Below, one piece after another: positions 19,364-26,934 of a stretch of DNA of 38,593 bases (its first letter is position 1; every line of letters starts with the position of its first letter). The position numbers and the translations under genes were made by a program. The DNA lies in assembly GCA_049599895.1 (NCBI GenBank), contig JBMYPC010000010.1, forward strand, positions 1 to 38,593. The letters run 5' to 3'. Under the pieces are notes generated by a model that worked only from the letters and a program-made list of their open reading frames with translations, had not been told where the DNA came from and searched no databases. Source of the stretch: Bacteriovoracaceae bacterium. GTDB lineage: Bacteria; Bdellovibrionota; Bacteriovoracia; Bacteriovoracales; Bacteriovoracaceae.

Positions 19364-19645
19364 CCTAACTAACGTAGTACCAACAAGATCTTTATAATAC
19401 TCTTTCTTGTAAACCAAAACACAACCACTTCCCGGCAAGGGAGCAACACGTTCATCATCTGCACGAACATTATATAAATTTAAATTTTGGCTTATTTCCT
19501 GAATTTTATCCTGAACTTCTTGTAGTAGTCGAGTTCCTAAAGAAGCATGACCATGATAATTACCATAAACTTCTTTTTCTGCAGCTCGTTCCAAAAGGCG
19601 CTGGTATGAATCGCCTTCCCATTGAATATCATTAGCTCCTTCCAT
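19301..19645 (-). CDS. Possible RelE/ParE-like toxin, probably degenerate at the 3' end
   Basis: IQWEGDSYQRLLE...LGTRLLQEVQDKIQEISQNLNLY...CVLVYK resembles ParE. Lies downstream of a Phd-like gene. Confidence 0.45.
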   Translation of the reverse strand: MEGANDIQWEGDSYQRLLERAAEKEVYGNYHGHASLGTRLLQEVQDKIQEISQNLNLYNVRADDERVAPLPGSGCVLVYKKEYYKDLVGTTLVRLLFYTSCHSRLCSHSDPIFF

Positions 19646-19651
19646 GTTAAA

Positions 19652-19915
19652 CTAACCAACCTTTTCTTTGTTTTCAACCTTCCCAATAAGGTCATCCAGT
19701 TGCTTCATCTTAGAGCTAAAGTCTTCCATCATTTTCTCAGGACTATAAGATGTTCGCCTAGAGCTTCCCTCTGCTTTTTCCAAACGGGCCATAAGGCTGA
19801 AGAAATATTCTTGCGTCATCATTACTTTGACATCTTGTCCTCTATGAAAAATCTGAAAAATTTGTCCGTCTTCCATTTCCGAAACTAATGAAGGATCACT
19901 TTTTAAGTCACTGAA
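19652..19915 (-). pseudogene. Phd/YefM-like antitoxin, 5' truncated
   Basis: The frame extends upstream of ATG 19876 as FSDLKSDPSLVSEMEDGQIFQIFHRGQDVKVMMTQEYF (Phd pattern) and has no earlier start codon. Confidence 0.5.
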
Positions 19916-19971
19916 AATACATTTAAGTACATTTTAGTTCACAAGAAAAGTTCGTTTTAACGAATTTGAGT

Positions 19972-20615
19972 TTAACCAAGATTATTAAATTTAAAACGAT
20001 CTCTTTTAGATACAGGAGTTTCTTTGCCATGAATTGTTTTTACTGAATAATCGGGATAAAACCCTTGATTAATTTGGACAATAAACTCTTCCTTTGAAAG
20101 AACAATTTTTTTATCGACATCGTAAAAAGTTAAATTCTCACCGCTTTCGCTTTCCTCAACAACGAGAACAAGAGACTTCGGTTTCTTTTTTAAAAACTTG
20201 CTTCCTTTATAATCTCTCTCATCATCTGGAGAAATAATAAGCTCTTTTCGATTGAGAGCATCGTGAAGTAACTTCAATAAGTCTGCCCTTGTTTTGGCCT
20301 TCTTCCCATATTTTCTTCCAACAGCATTGTTCCATAAATCCATATTTTGGCTTCTGGGGTGAGATGATGATGTAGTGTCCGCAAATACAAGCTCATGAAG
20401 ACGTCCAAGATTCTCAGCAAGTCCTTCGCTAAACTCCATTGTATATGCTCCACTTACATAAGCATGTCTTAGAGCATCAACGTCATTATCATAGAATCTC
20501 CACTTATTTCATCAAAAGTGCCATCCTCTTTTCTAGGAAGTTTACGAATATTTTTATCAATATACTCATAGACTTCTAAACGGGCCTTAGATTTAAGATT
20601 GTATAGGTCTGACAT
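19972..20615 (-). pseudogene. DUF6973-like domain fused to a DUF3892-like C-terminus, one frameshift
   Basis: MSDLYNLKSKARLEVYEYID..., a frameshift near 20495, then DNDVDALRHAYVSG...MDLWNNAVGRKYG. C-terminus KEEFIVQINQG...TPVSKRD...NNLG. Confidence 0.6.
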
Positions 20616-20982
20616 ACTTTTTAGCTCGCAATAAAAATATTACTAAAATAAAAACAGCAAAGAATAAAAGAATTTTTCCAAGAATCTGTTGCCACATAAA
20701 ATTCATATCTATCTCGAAAACCAAGTAATTAGCAAAAATTCCTACAAATGCGATAAGTATTGTTGTCATTACTTGCTTATTTCCCCACCTTGTGAGGGAT
20801 ATAATAAAGCCCGAATTGGCCATAAGCCCTATCATTCCCCATTTTATATAAGTTAACAAACCTGAATGAGCATAGGCTTCAGCACCAGAGTATTTCATGG
20901 AAATGATGAAAAAAACTGTGTTGAAAAAAAGAAAAAGCAACACAAGCCGAGTAAAATGAATTTTTGTAATAAGATTCGTCAT
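20593..20982 (-). CDS. Four-TM membrane protein of unknown function
   Basis: Four hydrophobic segments and an AAGGA RBS. Starts 11 nt after the antitoxin stop. Confidence 0.75.
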   Translation of the reverse strand: MTNLITKIHFTRLVLLFLFFNTVFFIISMKYSGAEAYAHSGLLTYIKWGMIGLMANSGFIISLTRWGNKQVMTTILIAFVGIFANYLVFEIDMNFMWQQILGKILLFFAVFILVIFLLRAKKYVRPIQS

Positions 20983-20993
20983 TTAAATTCCTT

Positions 20994-21362
20994 TTAAGCA
21001 GCTAAATCCAATTCAATTTTAGAATAGCCTACAATAGGAGTTTTAACGGCTCGCCCCTTAACAATCTTCTCTTTGGTTGTGATAGCACCAATGGATTCGT
21101 AAAAATTGATAATTCTATTTAGATTTGCCGTATCTTTATCCATAATATTGGCCAGTTCATAGATCGAATTAGGTCTAAACATCTGAATAGCAGTTAATAC
21201 ATCAATATGATTAATGAATTTTCTAAACTCTTTCATATCAGTAAAAGCGATCTCGTAATGAGAGCCTGCCTTTTTCTTGTTTTTCTTTACATCTTTAAAA
21301 GCCTTCTTTGCATCTGATAAAAGTTTAGATGTCGATTTTACTGAAATCACTAATTTTTTCAT
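20994..21362 (-). CDS. HVO_A0114-like winged-HTH antitoxin (TumA-like)
   Basis: P-x-SIYELANIMDKDTANLNRII...G...K...P...Y.KIEL. ATGA overlap with the toxin gene. Confidence 0.78.
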   Translation of the reverse strand: MKKLVISVKSTSKLLSDAKKAFKDVKKNKKKAGSHYEIAFTDMKEFRKFINHIDVLTAIQMFRPNSIYELANIMDKDTANLNRIINFYESIGAITTKEKIVKGRAVKTPIVGYSKIELDLAA

Positions 21363-21646
21363 AACTTAACTCCAAAATGCTGTAGGACAAACTTTTCAAA
21401 GTCAGAAAAAAGTTTATCCTCTCCTTTGTACTCATAATCCATTTCTTTTTCATCTAAATGAACATGAGGGTTTTTGGGGTAATGATTATCCATTAATACT
21501 TTTCGACCAGTTTTAGTGTCAATGAAAATGAGAGAGTATTTAACTCTATCTGGGTAACGCTTATCATCCACGGCCCAAATCTTTACCTCTAAAACGTATT
21601 TACTGTGAACATACTGCTTAAAATGTTTTATTAATTCTGAACTCAC
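21359..21646 (-). CDS. DUF6516 / TumE-like toxin
   Basis: EVKIWAV...YPDRVKYSLIF...VLMDNHYPKNPHVH...Y.Y...KLFSDF. The likely start is GTG 21646. Confidence 0.78.
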   Translation of the reverse strand: MSSELIKHFKQYVHSKYVLEVKIWAVDDKRYPDRVKYSLIFIDTKTGRKVLMDNHYPKNPHVHLDEKEMDYEYKGEDKLFSDFEKFVLQHFGVKL

Positions 21647-21652
21647 TATTAT

Positions 21653-21690
21653 ACAGTACGACATATATATGTAAAAGTCAACATATATAA
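21653..21690 (-). promoter_or_regulatory. Sigma70 promoter with a palindromic operator for the DUF6516 TA operon
   Basis: TTGACT-17-TACTGT, 6 nt before the GTG. Palindrome ACATATATATGT (21661-21672) and a partial copy at 21681-21690. Confidence 0.55.
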
Positions 21691-21755
21691 TATTCAATAA
21701 GAATTACAAACACTTTTATGTGCTATCGTGCCTTGAAGCTAAAATTCTGGGAAAA

Positions 21756-21809
21756 TCGGAATTATTCCGACCAACCGAACTTATCTCACATGAGTCGGAA
21801 TAAAACCGA
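21756..21809. promoter_or_regulatory. Tandem TCGGAA-N3-TTCCGA operators, copy 2
   Basis: TCGGAATTATTCCGA (21756-21770) and TCGGAATAAAACCGA (21795-21809), with the same 39-bp spacing as copy 1. Confidence 0.72.
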
Positions 21810-21819
21810 GAATTGTTTT

Positions 21820-22101
21820 ATGGAATTACGACTATAAAAAGAATTAAGAAATCTAAAGTTAAAAGAAGTGAGCGAGGCCACAGGTATTAGTATTTCTCTC
21901 CTATCCGATTGGAAAGAAGGACGACTTCCGAATGGAAAGAACCTGCCTAAACTTCAGCTATTAGCCGATTACCTAGATTTAAGTTTATCTCAACTTCTAT
22001 TCAGTAAGAAAGAACAGAACTCGAGAGCAATCACACTCCAGTCAACTCAATTTAGAGATGGTGAGAATGAATATCGAATCATTATAGAAAAAATAAAATA
22101 A
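21820..22101 (+). pseudogene. XRE HTH regulator, copy 2, with an early stop
   Basis: MELRL*KELRNLKLKEVSEATGIS. A 12-bp deletion relative to copy 1 creates TAA at 21835-21837. Confidence 0.8.
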
Positions 22102-22110
22102 GGGGAACTT

Positions 22111-22557
22111 ATGAAAAAAATATTATGTACTTTGATGATTTTAATATCAACTAGTTTAATGGCCGAAAGTCAGAAGAAAAAAGAGAACCTTTGGGATAAT
22201 CTAACTGCTCCAGCTAAGAAAGAAGAGTCTAAACTAAGGTTCCCTAAACCATTTACCAAGTTAGCAATAGTTACAATTAAAGACTATCCAGAAGTTAAAG
22301 ATGCGACAATCAACCAAGATAAAGAGCAGATTAGTCTTGTTGTTATTGTTAGAAGAAGTGTGGGCAAAGAAAAAGCTAAAGAGATGGGAGATAATTTTCT
22401 AAGACTCCTAATGGCAAACTCAATGGGGACTGAGAACTCACCCAAAAAAGAAATAGGCCCAACCAAATACTCTTACCTTATTGGAGTATATTATCCTGAT
22501 GATTCAGAAGTTGCTCTTGGAGCTAAAGCACCTGCGGCGAGAAGGATTACATGGTAA
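22111..22557 (+). CDS. Secreted protein of unknown family (intact copy)
   Basis: Signal peptide MKKILCTLMILISTSLMA and an AAGGGG RBS. Conserved with the 18975 copy. Confidence 0.82.
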   Translation: MKKILCTLMILISTSLMAESQKKKENLWDNLTAPAKKEESKLRFPKPFTKLAIVTIKDYPEVKDATINQDKEQISLVVIVRRSVGKEKAKEMGDNFLRLLMANSMGTENSPKKEIGPTKYSYLIGVYYPDDSEVALGAKAPAARRITW

Positions 22558-23249
22558 AATACCTACTGATCTTAATTTCGGTTATTGGTTCATTAGCTAC
22601 CTATGCAGGCCAATCAAAATGCAAAAATGGAAATGATTATTTTCAGTGCGTTCAATATATTAGAAATTATGATGCTGACACGATTACATTTAAACTAGAT
22701 GGGATTCATCCCTTGCTAGGGGATAAAATACCGATAAGAGTTAGAGGTATTGATACTCCAGAACTTAGAACAAAGAACCAATGTGAGAAGAAAACTGGAT
22801 ATAAAGCAAAGGCTCTAGTGAACCAAAAAATCACTGCAGCCAAGCGTATAGATTTGGTTCGTTGTTCAAGAGGAAAGTATTTTCGTCTGGTTTGTTCAGT
22901 GCTATTAGACAGCAAGTTATTATCCGATATTTTAATCAAAAATAAGTATGCTTATAAATACGATGGAGGAACAAAAAGTAGAATAGATTGGTGTAATTAT
23001 CGAACCAAAAATATATTGGACAAATGTCCTTCGTCCGGTTCCATATCTGTACTTTTCCCTTCTATATCTCTTTCACAAATACCATCACCGTCTTTGAATT
23101 CATCTAAACCATCTAAAAGCTCATTCAATGTCTCCACCCTCTCGTGTAGATCATTCACTCCAATTATCCCGTACTCAAATTGTAATTTTGTAGTAAGGCT
23201 AAATGCTACTATCGAAGATTCTTCCATCAATTCTCCAAGAACTCATTGA
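22551..23249 (+). CDS. Secreted thermonuclease (SNase-like). The tail after ~22996 is probably spurious read-through
   Basis: YDADTI, IRVRGIDTPE, RGKYFRLV and YDGGTK...DWC, followed by Ser-rich antisense-like sequence. Confidence 0.85.
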   Translation: MVKYLLILISVIGSLATYAGQSKCKNGNDYFQCVQYIRNYDADTITFKLDGIHPLLGDKIPIRVRGIDTPELRTKNQCEKKTGYKAKALVNQKITAAKRIDLVRCSRGKYFRLVCSVLLDSKLLSDILIKNKYAYKYDGGTKSRIDWCNYRTKNILDKCPSSGSISVLFPSISLSQIPSPSLNSSKPSKSSFNVSTLSCRSFTPIIPYSNCNFVVRLNATIEDSSINSPRTH

Positions 23250-23350
23250 TCAAATGGAATCTATTTCTATACTCTTCATAATTTATTTGTTTATCGAAGA
23301 GATATTTATTTCGGTGTGGGTACAGATTTACGCTGTGGTGCTTGTTTCCT
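22997..23350 (-). pseudogene. Fragment of an unknown gene
   Basis: Acidic ORF 22997-23230 plus an upstream open stretch (YKIGNKHHSVNLYPHRNKYLFDKQINYEEYRNRF) in another frame. Confidence 0.4.
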
Positions 23351-23354
23351 ATCT

Positions 23355-24213
23355 TATAAGGGATAACGTAAAAAGCATCAAAACCGAGCAAAATAGTAGA
23401 GGTAGAGCAAAGAGATGTAACTTAGATAATGAGCTTAATCTTTTGACGACAATCTATAACTGGTATAAATCATCTGAATATTTTGAAAATGAAGTAATAG
23501 ACTTTAGGAATCCCGTAAGAACTCAACATAAAAAAATGGGCTTTATTCGTCCCAAACCAATAAAGAACCTAGGTATCAAACTCGATGATGCCTTAAAATT
23601 CTTCTCTTACTTAAAGCCTCTGTACCGAGATGTTGCACTTTTTCAGTTTTATACAGCAAGTAGGATTGGTGAGGTCGCTGGTCTTCAATGGAAGCGTGTT
23701 GATTTTGTGAACAAAAAAATTGTTATTATGGAAACTGCTCGATGGGATATGACGAATAAGGTGTTTATCTCTTTGAACGCTTTTCCAAAAAACCGTGAAC
23801 CTAGGACAATTTATCTTACTAAAGAACTAAATGAGATACTTCAAAGGCGACTTGAAAATAAAGATTCTGATAGTGACTATGTTTTTCATGTAGAAGGAGC
23901 ACCTCTAAACTATTGTACTATCCAAGTAAATTACAGAGGTGCACAAAGAAAAGCACAGATCCCATACAGTGGTACTCATATCCTAAGACATGGGATGGCC
24001 CAACTTGCTAGAAAGGTCGGAGGATGTCTAACAAGCGTTGTTGCGATGACAGGTCACAAAGACTTTAGACTTGCTGACCACTACAGTAAGCTAGATGAAT
24101 CTTTTCAAAAAGAGGTTTCCCTCAAGATAATGGATCACATCAGAGAGCATCAAAGCTTTAAAGCTCAAACAGAAGATGAAGTGATAAGACTTGCAAGGTT
24201 TGAAGGTGAATAG
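23355..24213 (+). pseudogene. Tyrosine recombinase/integrase, N-terminally truncated
   Basis: Catalytic set TASRIGE, K, HILRH, TGH and DHY. The first ~50 aa of the called ORF (from 23203) look like antisense of another gene. Confidence 0.8.
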
Positions 24214-24262
24214 CCCCATTCAAGTTATACTTACTGCCAAATCCCGATTTTTTTGATAATTT

Positions 24263-24282
24263 AGGTGCTATTGAGGTGCTAT
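24263..24282 (+). repeat. Tandem 9-bp direct repeat, candidate integrase arm-binding sites
   Basis: AGGTGCTAT-TG-AGGTGCTAT (11-bp period), between the integrase and mutM. Confidence 0.6.
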
Positions 24283-24332
24283 CAAGTGTTTTAACTTAAA
24301 ATTCCTCAATGATTTTAAGGAGATATACAGAA

Positions 24333-25142
24333 GTGCCAGAGTTACCAGAAGTCGAAACAGTCAAACGCGGCCTAGAAGAAATCCTAGGAACAAAAGCCGT
24401 CATCAAAAAGATCAAAGTTTTAAACCCAAAGCTTCGCTTTCCTGTCCCTTCTGAAGTCTCAAAGCTAATAAAAAATGCTCCCATTCAAAAACTCTCAAGA
24501 CGTGCAAAATACCTTTTCTTTGAACTTGATAAATATGTTCTAAGCTCTCACTTAGGAATGACCGGAACCTGGCGAATCTATGCGGATGATCGAAAGAAAC
24601 ATGACCATGTGGAAATTCATCTAGAAGATGGACGAGTTCTCGTTTATGCAGACCCGAGAAAATTTGGTCTCTTTGAGTTTTTTAAAAAGTCTGAAGACTA
24701 TCACCGCTTAGGGCATCTTGGGCCTGAGCCTTTGAGTGATGAATTTAATTCTGAGTATCTTTGGGAAAAGACTAGAAAGAAACAGGTGGCCATTAAAAAC
24801 TTAATCATGAATCAAGAGATTGTTGTTGGGGTTGGAAATATTTATGCTAGTGAAGCGCTGTTTTTAACGGGAGTGAGACCTACTCGAAAAAGTGGGAAGA
24901 TCACAAAAAAAGAATGTGAAGAGCTTGTGATTCATATTAAGTCTGTTCTTGACAAGGCCATTCAAGCTGGAGGCAGTACGATTTCAGACTTTAAAAAGGC
25001 CGGTGGCGATGCAGGTTACTTTCAACACAGCTTTAAAGTTTATGGGCGTGAGAAAGAAGCCTGCTCCGTTTGTTCTACCACTATAAAAAATACGACCATT
25101 GGAGGGAGAAGTTCTTTTTGGTGTCCCTCTTGTCAAAAATAG
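24333..25142 (+). CDS. mutM: Formamidopyrimidine-DNA glycosylase
   Basis: PELPEVET, HLGMTG, GVGNIYASEALF and a C-terminal zinc finger. The start must be GTG 24333 to expose the catalytic Pro2. Confidence 0.97.
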   Translation: MPELPEVETVKRGLEEILGTKAVIKKIKVLNPKLRFPVPSEVSKLIKNAPIQKLSRRAKYLFFELDKYVLSSHLGMTGTWRIYADDRKKHDHVEIHLEDGRVLVYADPRKFGLFEFFKKSEDYHRLGHLGPEPLSDEFNSEYLWEKTRKKQVAIKNLIMNQEIVVGVGNIYASEALFLTGVRPTRKSGKITKKECEELVIHIKSVLDKAIQAGGSTISDFKKAGGDAGYFQHSFKVYGREKEACSVCSTTIKNTTIGGRSSFWCPSCQK

Positions 25143-25148
25143 TTTTCT

Positions 25149-26516
25149 TTAAAAGTGCTCCACACAATAATTAAGACTTATTTTTTCTGCCTCTGTGTAT
25201 TCTCCTGCAAAGTTTATTTCTTTTTGTTCGTGATCGTAAGTAAACTCAATTGCGTTTCCATTTTCATCTTCAAGACTTAGTGAAGGTTCAAACAATCCTT
25301 CGACATCAAAGTCGATACTGTTGGTATTAAAACTAATGAGTTCTTCTTCATAACAAGTATACTTTTGATCCCTTTCGTCACTCCCACAAGGGTTGACAGA
25401 GAGCTTTCCTGGCAAAGTATAATTTGAAGATTTAAGAACCTCCCAGCCATTATCCTCGAGTTCTTGAAATGCTTGTTTCGGCTCAGAGGGAACTTTATTG
25501 AAATCAAAGAAATAGCTATTTCCTTTTTTCCCACAATGCTTCTCAAAAGGAATCTCACTTATCTCAACTTTTCTCCACATAAGCATTAAAGCAATATGGT
25601 AACGAGGTCCTTGAAAGTACCCCACATCAAAAGGAATCTCTTGACCACGCTCTAAGTAAACTGCTTGATTAGCACAGGCCATTCGAGTTGGAGTTTGGCG
25701 ATTATTATCAACAATCGTCTCAAACTCTCCATTTAAATTCAGATCAAGGATTGATCCATCGTCAGAGATAAGGGCCAACTGATAGTACCCTGGCTCCTGA
25801 TCATCTCTTAATCGAAGATTTCCTTTAAGGTTAAGAGCAAAGTATTCAAAAAGAGCACTTCCCTCTTCATTAGTGACTTTGCTCCCATTTGAAAGTTCAA
25901 AGCCCTCATCGAATTTTCGGGTCGGAGTATTTATATCATTTAAAAAGATCGCTGACTCTGATTGAACACCTTTATCAACGAAATCATAATAGTTTTTAAA
26001 CTTTTGCTTCTTTCCATCATAAAGAACACCAACAATTCCGTTTCGATCATCCCTTTGTTCATCTTCTGTATTATTAAAAGGATTACAAACAAACTTTTCT
26101 TCGACAACTGAACGCTTGACCCAATTATCAAATTCTTTTTCTTCTTCTGTTTGCTCGTCCTTCTCCTCTGAGGCCAAAAGATCATGATCTCCGATTCCAC
26201 AATGGTGTTCAATCTCTCCAATTTCTTCTTCATCTTCTTTATTTTGGTTCCCTGGAATCACTTGAGTCTCCCCAGCTTCCTCCTCAAGAAAATCATTCAT
26301 ATCTTTATCGTAAAGAGGATCTTCTGATTCCTCTTCAAGACCTTCAAACTCGTCTTCGTCAGGACTGCGATAAGAGTCATCAAGAATCTCAGAGTTTTGT
26401 TCTGCGATTCGATCGAGTTCGAGATCCTCAATGTCTTTTTTGTAAAAACCTTGTTCATTACAAGAGACAAGAAGAACAAGTCCAATAAGCCTGAGTGTTA
26501 AAAGAATCCGTATCAT
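25149..26516 (-). CDS. Lipoprotein with an acidic linker and a PA14-like domain
   Basis: Lipobox LVSC, a D/E-rich region, YQLALISDDGSIL and YFQGPRYHIAL. Confidence 0.75.
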   Translation of the reverse strand: MIRILLTLRLIGLVLLVSCNEQGFYKKDIEDLELDRIAEQNSEILDDSYRSPDEDEFEGLEEESEDPLYDKDMNDFLEEEAGETQVIPGNQNKEDEEEIGEIEHHCGIGDHDLLASEEKDEQTEEEKEFDNWVKRSVVEEKFVCNPFNNTEDEQRDDRNGIVGVLYDGKKQKFKNYYDFVDKGVQSESAIFLNDINTPTRKFDEGFELSNGSKVTNEEGSALFEYFALNLKGNLRLRDDQEPGYYQLALISDDGSILDLNLNGEFETIVDNNRQTPTRMACANQAVYLERGQEIPFDVGYFQGPRYHIALMLMWRKVEISEIPFEKHCGKKGNSYFFDFNKVPSEPKQAFQELEDNGWEVLKSSNYTLPGKLSVNPCGSDERDQKYTCYEEELISFNTNSIDFDVEGLFEPSLSLEDENGNAIEFTYDHEQKEINFAGEYTEAEKISLNYCVEHF

Positions 26517-26858
26517 GATTCCTCCTAATATGCTTTTGGGCCCTATTATTCAGAAAACGTACCGATTCAATTGGTGTGCCTTAATTTAACTCTAAGGGAA
26601 AATTGAATTTTTTGAAGAAATCGAATTTCTCATGACTTATCATTTTCAAAATTGAACAAAACAGACGCAAAACTCGGGCACACCTTCCTTAAACTCCTAA
26701 GATTCTTGAGAGCAACTCGATTGGATCTTTCATTGCATCTGCAAGCTTTTCGCCAGCAAAAAAGACGTTGAATAAGGCCTTTTCACGGTTACAGATCTAA
26801 CTACCTGAAACTACATCAGGTTTGTCTCATTTTTTTGTCATTTTTACGGATCTCAACT

Positions 26859-26886
26859 TCAAGCTTTAACCCCTAAATACCGATAA
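26859..26886 (+). promoter_or_regulatory. Putative sigma28 (FliA) promoter
   Basis: TCAAG-N15-ACCGATAA, about 50 nt upstream of the large adhesin gene. Confidence 0.5.
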
Positions 26887-26934
26887 TTATTAGAGATCAA
26901 AGGGGTAATCTTAAAGATTAATACAATAGAAGAT

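Larger units (their letters stand above)
16030..24290. mobile_element. Degenerate integrative genomic island rich in toxin-antitoxin genes
   Basis: Terminal tyrosine integrase, visibly more AT-rich with ATA/TTA codon use, internal duplications and many pseudogenes. Boundaries are approximate. Confidence 0.75.

Noticed and set aside
23203..23354. Membrane-anchored integrase (hydrophobic N-terminus)
   Set aside because: Better explained as antisense of a minus-strand gene fragment joined to a truncated integrase.
16030..24290. Integron with gene cassettes
   Set aside because: No recurring attC-like structure seen, genes lie in both orientations, and the integrase shows no evident IntI-specific insertion.
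24315..24330. T7/pET-like leader AAGGAGATATACA before mutM
   Set aside because: Short match with no other vector sequence. It is simply a strong native RBS.
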